Positions 39,389 to 50,600 of a DNA stretch of 64,000 bases are shown here, piece after piece (position 1 is the stretch's first letter; each line of letters starts with the position of its first letter). The position numbers and the translations under genes are program-made. Source of the stretch: an archaeon (GTDB taxonomy: Archaea; Nanobdellota; Nanobdellia; Pacearchaeales; GW2011-AR1); contig JAUWIJ010000006.1 in the NCBI GenBank assembly GCA_030605415.1, positions 2,335 to 66,334 on the forward strand. The letters are read 5' to 3'. The notes under the pieces were generated by a model. The model made no database searches. It had not been told where the DNA came from and saw nothing but the letters and a program-made list of their open reading frames with translations.

Positions 39389-40675
39389 ATGGCTAAAGAA
39401 AAACCAGGAATTAATGTTGTCTTCGTTGGACATGTCGACCATGGGAAGTCTACCTGCGTGGGCAGGCTCTTTTATGATGGCGGTGCGGTCTCTGAACAAG
39501 AGATGAAAAAGTACAAGGAAGAAGCGGCAAAGCATGGTAAGGCTGGGTTTGAATTTGCTTATGTGATGGATAATTTGAAGGAAGAGCGAGAGAGAGGAGT
39601 TACTATTAACTTGTCTTATAAGAAGCTTGTTACTCAGAATTTTGAAGTTACAATTATTGATGCACCAGGGCATAAGGATTTTGTTAAGAATATGATTACT
39701 GGAGCTTCGCAGGCAGATGCAGCGTTTTTAGTAGTTTCTGTTGATGGTGGAGTTCAGCCTCAGACTAAGGAGCACGTTTGGTTGCTTCGAACGATGGGAG
39801 TGAAGTCCTTAGCTGTCTTGGTTAACAAGATGGACACTGTGGAATATTCTGAAGAGAAGTTCAAGAAAGTTGTGGAAGATGTTTCTGCGATTATCAAACA
39901 GGCGGGATACAAACCGGACGAGGTTCCATTTTTAGCGGGTTCTGCTCTTATGGGCGATAACATTGCGAATAAGTCGGACAAGATGGCGTGGTATAAAGGA
40001 CAGACTGTTTTAGGGCAGATTGACAAATTTTCTATTCCGGAGAAACCAACAGGATTGCCTATGAGAATGCCTATTCAGGATGTCTATGATATTACGGGTA
40101 TTGGTACTGTTCCTGTAGGAAAGGTTGAAACTGGAATTATGAAAGTCGGTCAAAAGGTTGTTGTTCTGCCAGGTCGGTCTGGAACCGGAATCGAAGGCGA
40201 AGTTCGTTCTATCGAAGCTCATCACGAGCAGTTGAAAGAAGCTGAAGCTGGAGACAATGTTGGTATTAATATCAGGGGCGTTGGCAAGAAAGACATAGCT
40301 CGAGGAGATGTTATTTGCGATGCGGCTAAACCTGCGAAACTTGTTGAAGAATTCGAAGCTCAGATTGCTGTGATTAATCATCCAACCGTTATTGCTAAAG
40401 GTTATACACCAGTTTTCCATGTTCATACAGCTCAGGTTCCATGTCAGTTTGTGGAAATTAAGTCTAAGCTGGATCCTGCTACAGGACAGGTTGCGGAAGA
40501 GAATCCGGACTTTTTGAAGAATGGGGACGTTGCTATTGTTAAAATCAAACCAGTCGGAAATTTAGTGCTCGAGGCAGTTGGAGATAATCCAAATATGGCT
40601 CGGTTCGCTATTCGAGACGCGGGTGTTACGGTTGCGGCTGGGGTTTGCAAATCTCTAACTGAGAAGAAATTATAA
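39389..40675 (+). CDS. tuf: Elongation factor EF-1 alpha
   Basis: [24 protein letters not shown]. Confidence 0.98.
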   Translation: MAKEKPGINVVFVGHVDHGKSTCVGRLFYDGGAVSEQEMKKYKEEAAKHGKAGFEFAYVMDNLKEERERGVTINLSYKKLVTQNFEVTIIDAPGHKDFVKNMITGASQADAAFLVVSVDGGVQPQTKEHVWLLRTMGVKSLAVLVNKMDTVEYSEEKFKKVVEDVSAIIKQAGYKPDEVPFLAGSALMGDNIANKSDKMAWYKGQTVLGQIDKFSIPEKPTGLPMRMPIQDVYDITGIGTVPVGKVETGIMKVGQKVVVLPGRSGTGIEGEVRSIEAHHEQLKEAEAGDNVGINIRGVGKKDIARGDVICDAAKPAKLVEEFEAQIAVINHPTVIAKGYTPVFHVHTAQVPCQFVEIKSKLDPATGQVAEENPDFLKNGDVAIVKIKPVGNLVLEAVGDNPNMARFAIRDAGVTVAAGVCKSLTEKKL

Positions 40676-40683
40676 TTTTATTT

Positions 40684-40754
40684 GAAAATTTTGGCGTTGG
40701 AGCCGAACTCGTGTACCCGATGTACACCACGTTCGACTCCGCCTAAAACTTTTC
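40684..40754 (+). other. Hairpin after tuf with the conserved TC/CAC core
   Basis: gaac-tc-gtgtac-ccgat-gtacac-cac-gttc inside a longer imperfect stem. Confidence 0.8.
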
Positions 40755-40882
40755 TAACTAAAATTAAATTTCTGGAAACTTTGGGTTGTAAAAGACCCTT
40801 TTTATTTTTTTTATTTTTAAGATTTTTCCCCGAGGGGGTGCTTTGGGAAAGCATTTAAATATATTATTATCTTGTAATTTTT

Positions 40883-41089
40883 ATGGAAATCACTTTTGAC
40901 AAAGATGCAGACGCAGTTTATATCGAGTTTTCTAGTGGCGACTTTGTATCAAACAAAAAAATGGATGACGACACAATTTTAGATTTAGATAAAGATGGAA
41001 ATATTTTGGGTATTGAATTGTTAAGCGTGAGTAAAAGAATTTCAAAAGATTTTCTTTCTGAAGTTAATGTTAAAAATTTAGTTTGTTGA
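40883..41089 (+). CDS. DUF2283 family protein
   Basis: FDKDADAVYI...LDLDKDGNILGIELL. Confidence 0.88.
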   Translation: MEITFDKDADAVYIEFSSGDFVSNKKMDDDTILDLDKDGNILGIELLSVSKRISKDFLSEVNVKNLVC

Positions 41090-41223
41090 TTTTTGTGGAG
41101 TTAGGGTATTTTGTTTTTGGGATTGAGGAGAAGTTAAATTTTTAGAAGTTCAGACATTATAGTATTAATTTAAAAGTAGTATCAAGCCCAAAAGTTTATA
41201 AAGTAGGTAGCTCTAATTTTAAT

Positions 41224-41670
41224 ATGGTAGAGAATTATAATCCAACAAGGAAAGAAGTGCTAAGAGAGGCATTTAGCGGAGTTAATTTGAAAAACACTAG
41301 GAGCAAATTAAAGCAAGTTGGGGGAGATTTTATTGCAATGGCAAGTATATCTTCTCTTTGTCCATATATTATTCCTACAACTGTTCGTCTACACCGAGAT
41401 ATTGAATCTTTAGGTGAAAAAGTTGAGATTGATGTAGCAGACTATATTGGACTATCGGCAGGTCTTATAGCTGGAGTTGGTTCATATATTGTTCAAGTGG
41501 GTGGTTATTTATATGCAGTAGAACACGACCATCCAGAAGCATTATTAATTCCGGTTGCAACAAATGTGGTTTCTGGTGTTTATGAAGTTGGAAGGAAAAT
41601 TTATAATAATGCAAGACAAAAGATATTAGATAAGCATAATGCCGAAGGTCTTGAATCTACATTGAAATAA
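41224..41670 (+). CDS. Hypothetical membrane protein
   Basis: Hydrophobic segments; TATA box upstream. Confidence 0.6.
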   Translation: MVENYNPTRKEVLREAFSGVNLKNTRSKLKQVGGDFIAMASISSLCPYIIPTTVRLHRDIESLGEKVEIDVADYIGLSAGLIAGVGSYIVQVGGYLYAVEHDHPEALLIPVATNVVSGVYEVGRKIYNNARQKILDKHNAEGLESTLK

Positions 41671-41725
41671 ATTCTAAAAACCAAATCACATAAATTCTTA
41701 AAAACTCTTTAAATCTTTCCCTCCC

Positions 41726-42292
41726 ATGTCAATACAGGTTAGAGAAAAAACTATTGAGGAAATTGAAAAGAAGTTGGGTGAGATGGGTACCGATTTGAAT
41801 AAGATTGATTATCTGGAATCGGTGTTGAAGAGCGCGAGTTTTAGTTTTGAGATTAAGCGGTTTTTGTGCAAGGAGTTGTCTGAGTTGTACGAGGAGCGGA
41901 AGATGTTTGAGCGGGCGGCGCGGGCGATGTCTAATAAGGCGGGGATGGAAATTACATTTAAAGATAAGATTGATAGTTATGTGACGGCGGCGGAATTGTT
42001 TTCGAGGATTGGGAAGGTTGACGACGCTGATGAAATGTTTGTCAGGGCTATGAGAGATGCGAACAGCGAGCAGAAGACAAAAGTTAAGTTGGCACGGAAG
42101 AATATTTATTTGATTTCGGCTAAGGAGTTGGAATCTAAGGGCAAGAGGGCGTCGGCGATTAAGTTTTATGAGAAATTAATTAAGATGAATCTTGAGGATG
42201 TTGAGAAAAATGAGATTAAGGAAAAATTATTAAGGACATATAAAGCACTTGGTTTATTTAGAGAGGCGCGACTGTTGGGAAGTAGTGAGTAG
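41726..42292 (+). CDS. TPR-like helical repeat protein
   Basis: Repeated amphipathic helices (AAELF..IGKVDDA, AIKFYEKL). Confidence 0.7.
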   Translation: MSIQVREKTIEEIEKKLGEMGTDLNKIDYLESVLKSASFSFEIKRFLCKELSELYEERKMFERAARAMSNKAGMEITFKDKIDSYVTAAELFSRIGKVDDADEMFVRAMRDANSEQKTKVKLARKNIYLISAKELESKGKRASAIKFYEKLIKMNLEDVEKNEIKEKLLRTYKALGLFREARLLGSSE

Positions 42293-42391
42293 TTGGTGGT
42301 GAGTAGTAAGTAGTGGGGACGGGGGACTACAAACTACCAACTACTAACTACCAACTACTAACTACCAACTACAAACTGAGAGTGGGAGTAG
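42281..42391 (+). repeat. Heptamer repeat fold-back element
   Basis: (tagtNNg)n, then ggggacggggg, then (actacNa)n; arms are reverse complements. Confidence 0.88.
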
Positions 42392-42433
42392 TTTGAGAGA
42401 TTTATGATTTAAAAAAATAAAATAAGAAATAGT

Positions 42434-42511
42434 TTAGATATCTTCTTCAAGGTCGATATCGGAGTTAATGTCTTCGTATTCTGCGTTTAGGCTTTTTTCG
42501 GCTTCTGGCAT
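42434..42511 (-). CDS. Putative acidic micropeptide (25 aa)
   Basis: MPEAEKSLNAEYEDINSDIDLEEDI*. Confidence 0.45.
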   Translation of the reverse strand: MPEAEKSLNAEYEDINSDIDLEEDI

Positions 42512-42525
42512 TTTATTCACAAGGG

Positions 42526-42597
42526 CTATTCCTCGTCGTCGAGTTCTTCTTCATCATCGAATTCCTCGTCGTCGAGTTCGTCATTTTTGGTTTCCAT
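42526..42597 (-). CDS. Putative acidic micropeptide (23 aa)
   Basis: METKNDELDDEEFDDEEELDDEE*; agaggg RBS and TATA upstream. Confidence 0.5.
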   Translation of the reverse strand: METKNDELDDEEFDDEEELDDEE

Positions 42598-42935
42598 ATG
42601 CCCTCTTTTATTTAATATTTACTAAATTAAAGTCTTTATAAATATTTGCGTGGATTTGTTTGGGAATTAAGAAATGTAAAATAATTTAAAGGGAGGATTC
42701 TTTGGAGTTTTTATTTGTAATTTTGTGAGAAAAGATTTAAAAAGGGAAAATTGTTTTATTTATTGTTAGGGATGACCTTAGAATCATATTACGATTATCA
42801 CATTTACAATCATGAAAGGCTCGGGGGAGTAACAGCGAAGGTATATTTCTAATTATAACTAAATATGGAGAAAATAAAAAATGGCAAAAGTAACATGTAA
42901 AATGTTTCATTATCTATTTTTTGGGAAACTGAAAA

Positions 42936-44102
42936 ATGGCAAAAATTAGTCCAACGTCGATTAAATATTCGATTATAGCGGATTTTGTAGCGGATGGTCC
43001 GTTTCAGAAACCTGATGTTATTGGGGCTTTGTTTGGGCAGACCGAGGGTTTGCTTGGTTCTGACATGGAATTGAGAGAGCTCCAAAAAGAAGGTAAAATT
43101 GGTCGTATAGAAGTTGAACTGAACACCGAGGGCGGGAAGACAACGGGGGAAATTATGATTCCGTCTGCTTTGGATAAAACTGAGACGACAATTATTGCTG
43201 CGTCTTTGGAGACTATTGATAAGATTGGACCTACCGATGCGAAGATAACTATTAAGGATATCAGCGACGTCAGGGGTTCGAAGCGTGATTACATTATGGA
43301 GCGGGCGAAAGCTTTGTTGGCTGGGATTAAGAATGAAGGTATGGATTCTACGGAGATGGAAACTGAACTTAGAGAGTCGACTCGAGTTTCAAAAGCTATT
43401 GAGTATGGAGTAGAAGGTTTAGCGGCAGGTCCTAATATCGATAACGATGCGGAAATTATTGTGGTTGAGGGTCGAGCTGATGTTGTGAATATGCTGAAGC
43501 ACGGAATTAAAAATGTTATTGGGATGCAAGGAACAAAGTTTCCTAAAACTATTGCGACTTTAAGTAAAACAAAGGAGCTTACTTTGTTTGTTGATGGTGA
43601 CCGAGGCGGAAAGTTAATTGCACAAAATGTGTGTGATAATGCTAAGATTGTTTATATCGCTACTGCACCCGACGGGAAGGAAGTTGAGGAATTGGCTGGT
43701 AAGGAATTATTACAAGCGCTTCGAAAAAAGGTTTCGGCGGATGTTTTTTTGAGGGACATTAAGAGATCGTCATATAATAATCGCAGTTCTGTTCGCAAAG
43801 AAGAAATGACATCTGGGATTATTCGAAGAGAATTAGTTAGTGACGATGTTTCTAAATTGAGAGAGCTTATTTCTGAAATTAAGGGGAAGAATGTTTTGGT
43901 TTTGAACGAAGATTTAGAAATTGTTAAGAATATTTCTGTTTCGAGATTGAGTTCGGTTGATGCAAAAAGTGCTTTCATATTAATGGTTCATGTGGCTACT
44001 AAGTCTGTGATTCAGGAAGCTGAACGGATGAAATCAAAGGCAGTTGCAGCAAAGACGTTTGGTAAAGTTTCAGATACGGACATTCAATTAGTTTCGCTTT
44101 AA
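42936..44102 (+). CDS. dnaG: Archaeal DnaG (TOPRIM, exosome-associated)
   Basis: DVIGALFGQTEGLLG, VVEGRADV, DGDRGG. Confidence 0.95.
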   Translation: MAKISPTSIKYSIIADFVADGPFQKPDVIGALFGQTEGLLGSDMELRELQKEGKIGRIEVELNTEGGKTTGEIMIPSALDKTETTIIAASLETIDKIGPTDAKITIKDISDVRGSKRDYIMERAKALLAGIKNEGMDSTEMETELRESTRVSKAIEYGVEGLAAGPNIDNDAEIIVVEGRADVVNMLKHGIKNVIGMQGTKFPKTIATLSKTKELTLFVDGDRGGKLIAQNVCDNAKIVYIATAPDGKEVEELAGKELLQALRKKVSADVFLRDIKRSSYNNRSSVRKEEMTSGIIRRELVSDDVSKLRELISEIKGKNVLVLNEDLEIVKNISVSRLSSVDAKSAFILMVHVATKSVIQEAERMKSKAVAAKTFGKVSDTDIQLVSL

Positions 44103-44209
44103 AAAATTGATTTTAGTTGGTAATTTCTTGGTAAAGAAAATTCTCGCGTATGTTAAATACGCCACGAATTTTTTTTACCAAGAAATTACCAACTAAAATC
44201 AATTTTTTA
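44100..44209 (+). other. Long inverted repeat (44-bp stem, one G-U) starting at the dnaG stop codon
   Basis: taaaaaattgattttagttggtaatttcttggtaaa is repeated in reverse complement. Confidence 0.92.
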
Positions 44210-44360
44210 TTTTTATGCTTCTTATTGGGGCAACCTATTTTTTTATTTTTTTATTTCCCATTGGGTGAATATCCCGCAGCTTGCTGTGAAGTGAGCGAAG
44301 CGAACTATAGGATTTTTATTTTTTGAAAAGTTTTATATACCTTGTCTTATTTTATATTAA

Positions 44361-44834
44361 ATGAAGGGTGAGGAGACGGGCAGGTATTTTAAATGGAAGT
44401 GGTTTGTGATTTTGGTAGTATTAGTGATTTTGGTTTGGGGAATTTGGATGTTGTTTTTTAGTTATGCGCATTGTGAGACCTGGGAATGTTTTAATGCTCA
44501 TTTGAAGGATTGTGATAGAGTGAGGTTTATTGGGGAAGTGGACATGATTTTTAAATATACCATTGAGGGGGATTCTAATGGGGAGTGTGAAGTTGTGGTG
44601 CAGTTGTTGCAGGGTGAGTTAAATAATCGGGATTTGATAAAATTAGAGATGCAAAAAATGACCTGTATGTTGCCAAGGGGTGTTGTGATGGTTCCTGAGA
44701 GTGATATTGGAAATTGTCATGGAATGTTAAAAGAGGGGTTGCAGGATTTAGTGATTGAGAAGTTGCATACGTATCTTGTTCAGAATTTAGGGAAATTGAA
44801 TTTAGAGGTATTGGATGTGCCGGATGGGAGTTAA
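44361..44834 (+). CDS. Hypothetical membrane-anchored protein
   Basis: N-terminal TM helix, six Cys. Confidence 0.7.
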   Translation: MKGEETGRYFKWKWFVILVVLVILVWGIWMLFFSYAHCETWECFNAHLKDCDRVRFIGEVDMIFKYTIEGDSNGECEVVVQLLQGELNNRDLIKLEMQKMTCMLPRGVVMVPESDIGNCHGMLKEGLQDLVIEKLHTYLVQNLGKLNLEVLDVPDGS

Positions 44835-44840
44835 GAGTTT

Positions 44841-44968
44841 ATCAGCTTCGCTGATAGTTGGGGGTTCGGTGTTGGGAGTTGGGAGTGGGGGCAGGGAGTG
44901 GGGGCAGGGAACGGGGAAGCGGGGAGCTACTAACTCCTAACTACCAACTCCTGACTGGCGAGGGGGGA
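44841..44968 (+). repeat. Heptamer repeat element starting with the tcagc-ttc-gctga hairpin
   Basis: 21 bp identical to 47461; ggagttg units, G core, inverted ctcctaa units. Confidence 0.85.
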
Positions 44969-45001
44969 TAAATTTAAATTCTCCTTTTCCCATTTCTAAT
45001 C

Positions 45002-45784
45002 ATGTCAACTATTAGATTTGGTCCGGCGGGGATTGGTCCGGTGAAAGATGCGATTAGTAATTTGGAGATGTTTCATAAGTTGGGATTTAAATCCTGCGAG
45101 ATTGCATTTACTTATGGTCCGTATATTAAAGAAAAGGAAGATGCTATTGCGATTGGTGAAGTTGCGAAGAAGTGCGGAATTTGTTTATCAATACACGCAC
45201 CATACTATATTAATTTGAATTCAAAGGAGAGCGAGAAAATTGAGGCGTCGAAAAAGCGAATTTTAAAATGTTGCGAGGTTGGAAATTGGCTTGGTGTTAA
45301 AAGAGTTGTTTTTCATTCTGGGTTTTATTCTGGGATGAATTCCGTTGAGGCAGGTGTCAAAATTAAGGAGGGTATACTTGAGATGCAGGAAGTTATTAAG
45401 GAAAATAAATGGAGTGTTGAGTTGTGTCCCGAAGTTATGGGGAAGGTAAATGTTTTTGGGTCGATTGATGAAATTGGTGATTTGATTGACTCAACGGGGT
45501 GCGGGGCGTGTATCGATTTTGCGCATGTCTTGGCGAGATATGGTAAATATGAATTTGAGAAAATTAAAGAGATGTTCAAAATGAAAAAGTGGCATGTGCA
45601 TTTTTCCGGGATTGAGTTTGGGGAGAAGGGCGAGAAAAAACATTTGCTGACGCCGATTGAAGAGTGGAAAAAGATTTTGGAATTTTTAAAAGAGTTAGAT
45701 AAAGATGTGGTTTTAATTTGCGAAAGTCCGGATCCGGTTGGTGATTCGGTTGCTGGGATGAAAATTTGGGATGGAATGAAGTGA
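45002..45784 (+). CDS. nfo: Endonuclease IV / AP endonuclease family 2
   Basis: SIHAPYYINL, VVFHSG, CPEVMGK, IDFAH, HFSGI, ICESP. Confidence 0.9.
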   Translation: MSTIRFGPAGIGPVKDAISNLEMFHKLGFKSCEIAFTYGPYIKEKEDAIAIGEVAKKCGICLSIHAPYYINLNSKESEKIEASKKRILKCCEVGNWLGVKRVVFHSGFYSGMNSVEAGVKIKEGILEMQEVIKENKWSVELCPEVMGKVNVFGSIDEIGDLIDSTGCGACIDFAHVLARYGKYEFEKIKEMFKMKKWHVHFSGIEFGEKGEKKHLLTPIEEWKKILEFLKELDKDVVLICESPDPVGDSVAGMKIWDGMK

Positions 45785-46051
45785 TTATTTCAATTGGTTT
45801 TCTTTTTCTAAGTTTTCTTTTTGTTGTTTTTCTTCTTCAAGCATTCTTTGTCTGAGGTCAGAAATTTTTTCCAGGATTCGTCTTGCTTTATCGGGGTCGT
45901 CTCGTGCAATATTTAGAACATACAAAATTTTTCGTAAAAGGTCGTCATAAGATTCCCTTTTGTATTCTCGGAGTTTTTCAATACGGAGTTTTGTTTCTTC
46001 CAGTAACTTTATCGTCGTGATTTTTTCTGCTGATGTTTTTTCTTTTATCAT
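45785..46051 (-). CDS. Small RHH-like DNA-binding protein
   Basis: ITTIKL..ETK..RESYDDLL. Confidence 0.65.
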   Translation of the reverse strand: MIKEKTSAEKITTIKLLEETKLRIEKLREYKRESYDDLLRKILYVLNIARDDPDKARRILEKISDLRQRMLEEEKQQKENLEKENQLK

Positions 46052-46183
46052 TTTTTTATTACTTATTTGGACAATGGTACGTATACGAAAGTATACTTTT
46101 TAAAGCTTTTTGTCTCTTTGTAATTACAACAATAACAAGGTTTAAATAGTTTTAAGAGAACAAAATATTAACTAAATTACAAA

Positions 46184-47383
46184 ATGAAAAATATGAAAAA
46201 AAATATGTTTTTAATTTCTTTTATTGCAGTTGTGATTTTAATGGCTGTAGGTTTTGCTTCGGCTGAACTTGCTGGTACTATTACTACTGATTTTAACAGT
46301 GTTGAGTTAGATTCTAATATTAATATGGTCGGCAATGTTAACGATGTTGTTCCAATTAGAGTTACATTTAACGCCATGGATAATGCAAGTGATGTTAAGG
46401 TAAAAGTTTATATGGAAGGTCATCGAGATGATGTCTCTGTTTCTACAAATAGATTCGACATTGAGGCGGGTATAACATATACAAAACTTTTGTCTTTGCG
46501 ATTACCTTCTGATTCTGACGATTTGTCTGAAGAATATACTCTCTATGTAGAGGTTATTTCTAAGGATGATCGAAGTGAAGAAGAATATAATATTAGTATG
46601 CAAAGAGAATCTTATTCTCTTGATGTATTGTCTGTTGACTATTCTTCGAAAGTCTTGGCTGGTGAAATTGTTTCTGTTTCTGTTGTTGTGAAAAACATTG
46701 GTTACAATAGGATGGATGATACTTATGTTGTTGTTTCAATTCCTGCGTTGGGTGTTTCTTCCCGAGGATATGTTGGGGATTTGATTCCTGCGGAAGATTA
46801 TGAAGATTATGAGGACGAAGAAGATTCTATGCTTAGAATGGTATACTTGAAAGTTCCGAAGAATACTGAATCTGGCGTTTACGAGTTGGAAGTTGAAGTT
46901 TACAATGACGATGCTGAAACTACTGTTACAAAGTTAATTAGTATTGGCGATTCTGTTTCGACTTTAGTTTTAGCTGCTATGAAGAATCAAGATTTGAGTG
47001 CGGGAGAAACAGTAACTTACGATTTGATTATTGTGAACTCTGCAGATGACGTTAAGGTTTTTGACATTAAGACTATTTCCGGGGATGTTTTGAGTGTGTC
47101 GGCTCCTTCAGTAATTACTGTTGGCCCAGATGCAAGCGAGACTGTTTCCGTTATGGTTAAGGCGGCAAATGATGCTGTGGTTGGAACTTATACTTTCTCT
47201 GTGGATGTTGATGGTGAGCAAACTGTTTTTGGTGCTAATGTTGTTGAGGCAGCCGTCTCGACTTCTGTTGTTGCTTTAACGGTAGTCCTTGTGATTATCT
47301 TTGTTGTACTCCTTGCAGTTTTGGTTGTTCTTCTTACAAGAAAAGAAAAGCCGATCGACGAAGTAGAAACTAGTTACTATTAG
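46184..47383 (+). CDS. Acidic cell-surface (S-layer/CARDB-like) protein
   Basis: Signal peptide, beta-rich Ig-like domains (VVVKNIG), C-terminal TM anchor. Confidence 0.75.
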   Translation: MKNMKKNMFLISFIAVVILMAVGFASAELAGTITTDFNSVELDSNINMVGNVNDVVPIRVTFNAMDNASDVKVKVYMEGHRDDVSVSTNRFDIEAGITYTKLLSLRLPSDSDDLSEEYTLYVEVISKDDRSEEEYNISMQRESYSLDVLSVDYSSKVLAGEIVSVSVVVKNIGYNRMDDTYVVVSIPALGVSSRGYVGDLIPAEDYEDYEDEEDSMLRMVYLKVPKNTESGVYELEVEVYNDDAETTVTKLISIGDSVSTLVLAAMKNQDLSAGETVTYDLIIVNSADDVKVFDIKTISGDVLSVSAPSVITVGPDASETVSVMVKAANDAVVGTYTFSVDVDGEQTVFGANVVEAAVSTSVVALTVVLVIIFVVLLAVLVVLLTRKEKPIDEVETSYY

Positions 47384-47452
47384 TTTTGACAAGTAATTTT
47401 TATTTTTATTTTTATAATTCCCCCATTTAGGGGGTTGATTTTATTTTTAGTG

Positions 47453-47637
47453 AATTTAGGTCAGCTTCGCTGATAGTTGGGAGTTGGGGGTTTGGTGTTG
47501 GGAGTTAGGGAAGCGGGCACAGTGAGATAGTTTTTGGTTGTCATCTCACGTGCCAAGGGCGGTTCTAAGAGCGAATGAAATGAGCGGTCTGAGTTCTCAG
47601 TTCTGAGTTCTACGTTTCGGGAATAAAACGACCTATA
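47453..47637. mobile_element. MITE-like composite element with TAGGTC...GACCTA termini
   Basis: Ends and internal blocks shared with 52583-52921. Confidence 0.6.
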
Positions 47638-50600
47638 TTTTCAAACTAATTATTTTAGAAATGTTTTTCTGTAATTGTTTTTTGACTTTTTTATTTTCAA
47701 TAATGTAAAAAAATATTATTGTTAGAATTGCAAAAATGAGACTTAGTTTTGAAAAGAAATTTAATAGAACTGTATCGTGTCCGCACATAGTTTCTCTTAT
47801 TCTGTCGTCGCATCCTATGTCATCACTTGTATAATTAACAATTATTTTATCGTTTGTTTCATTGCATTCCCCGATTATGTTTCCAAAATAAGAACAGCTC
47901 TTGCCATCGATTGTGCTTTTGAAATTGCATTGATTAAATGTGTCATCCCAAACACATCCATATTCTTGACTTGTATCGCAACTAAAAGCTACGCAATCAT
48001 ATAGGAGTGCTTTGTAACAAGGGTCTATCTCACATGTTTCTTCGTTGTTGTATCCTGAGCAGGTGTTTGGAATGATGCTGCAATTTAGGCAAGTTCCGTC
48101 ATCGACGGAGGAGGGAGGGCAGGAAGTTCCATCACAATCCCACCCACATAATCCGGATTTAGATTGACTCCAATCATTACATATTGAGTATAAGTTGAAA
48201 GTTGAACAAATTTCGGAGTAGGGGTCTGCACAATATCCCTCATCTGGAATTGTTATGAAAGGACTTGGACATTCGCATTTGTTTTCTTTGTCTATGACAT
48301 CTTCTCCGAAGAAATTAATTCGGTGCATATAGCCGTCGTCTTCGCTGTAGTAGCAATGAGTTACAAGAAAGGGTATTTGAAAAAGATTATAGTTATCTTC
48401 TTCTCCGCTATCTCCTGAAGAAAGTATTTCGGCTATTTGATTATTTGAATCTAAGTCGAGAACAACTAAATATTCTCCATAACTGAAATCAAAGTCAAAA
48501 GTAAGTTTGGTTACTTCGTCTTCACTGATATAAAAAATAGCAGTTGTTTCTTTTAAAACTTCCCCATCTGGATTACTTCCGTTGATTAATTTAATTTCTA
48601 CTTCATATGAATTTCCAGCTAATTCTTCCCATGCAGAATCACTTCCCTCTATATTCCAGCTCAATGTAATTTCTTCATTTTTTGTAGAATTTAAGTTATC
48701 TAAGAAAATAATTTCTGGGTCGAATCTAACTGGGTTTATGTTGAACCAGTTTAAAGCATCTTTGTCTACATCTAAAATAAAATCTAAATCCTTATTTTTT
48801 GTGATAATTCCATCATCTGTTTTTAGATTTGCTTGGGTATTTATTTTAAGATTTTCCAGTATGGAACTAGCTACCCAAGGGTCGTAAGTAGCGTTTATCC
48901 AAAAAGTTATTTCTTTTGATTGCAATGGGTATAGGTGGATTGTTTGAGAAGGGTTTTTTGAAAAGGAGTTTCCGTCCCAACTTAACATGAAATTGTTTTC
49001 GTCACTCCAACTTCCGATGGTTAGGTCGATGTCGTTTTCGTAAAAACTTGGGTTGAAGATAACTATTTTTTCGCTATCTATTTGACTACCTATTCCAAAG
49101 TTTAATGTGTCATCGTAAGAATATGCGATATCTCCTGCTTTGAAGTAGGGAGATTTCACTATGCTTGCTATTTTTTTGTCTTTGAATGGTTCTGTAAGTT
49201 TGACGGAGTATAATTCGATATAACATTGACCCCCTTCTTCCTTGTATTCGTTCTTTATGGGAATAATGATAGTGTGTTCGGTTGTACTACCTTCGGTTAA
49301 TTCGGTTTTTCCCATTTTGGCGAATTCTGCGTCATCTAATATGATAGTGAAGTTGTCTATTTTTTCGCCGTTAAGATATAGTTCGGCTAAGAGTGCGTAG
49401 TCGCTTGGTTTTATTACAGGAGTGTATGCGTAACTGGTTGCGACGAGTAATTCTGTTGTCATATTAAAGACTGGTTGATATATTCCTTCAGGCGTTTTTT
49501 CTAACTGTATTCTTGGGTCAAATCTTAAAAATCCTAAGTAATCTACTTCGTCAGAACCGATTGGAGGCCAAGAAGGAGCGTGACTAGAATATGGGCTATC
49601 TCCATATACATACCTACGTCCTCTGAGGTGAGGAAATACTCCACCTTCGGGAATTATCATATCGTAGTAAATTGTCTTTTCTTCTCCTGGTAAGAAATCT
49701 ACATAATCTGTTTTCCTACTATCAAAACCATGAATATCTGTTCCGGCAGATCCAACTCCTCCAGTCCACATTAGTTCGGAATATATTCCCCTTGTTATTC
49801 TTATATTATTGAGGGGTATGCCAAAATCGTTTTTGAATGTAAAAGCTGCACTTATTTTATTTCCAGAATTGGCAACAAAATAAGGAGATTTTCCTGTGTT
49901 TTCATTTTTAAAAGTTTGACTAATTGCTCTTGGTTTCAGCATATTTTTTGCATCCTGCATATCTGAATCGATATAGAACCAGTTACCGAAAGAAGAAAAT
50001 AATGACTGATGCCCGTTTTCTCTAATTAAAGAATAAGCATAAAAAATACTTGATGCAAAATTATCTAAATTCATAACGGTTGTTACAGTGGGTTCTGTAT
50101 TTGGATAAAATCCATTATTGTATAAAGTAGATGAAGAATGTTCAGAATCTACTTTATTATCAATATAAAAAATTCCATCTGTTCTAACCTGAGAAGAGGC
50201 TCCCGAATATCTTGAATATGAACTAGGGGTGTTATTATATTGTGAGAGAGAACTATAAGAATATCCAGTCATACTTTCGGTAACTATATTTTGCGTTAAA
50301 TTAAAATCGTGAGTTAGGTATGCACAATGACTTCCAAAATTATGATAGAAGGTTACGAAAAATATTCTATAATCTCCGACTTTGTAATTGCATTTTGTGT
50401 AAACTTTATTTTCCTCGTTAGATGCTCTTACTATTAGGTATGGGATTGTTGATGTTCCTCCATATTCAAAATTATTGTAGTAAGTTCTTGCGGGCTGATA
50501 AACAGTATATTCGTAACTTGGATTTTGTGTTTCCCCGAGAACAAGATTATTATTTGTAATTTTCAAAAAAATACCCGTTTGTGCCGATTCATCCCAATTA

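Noticed and set aside
42770..42850. Possible ncRNA in the dnaG leader
   Set aside because: Slightly GC-rich but no convincing structure or family signature.
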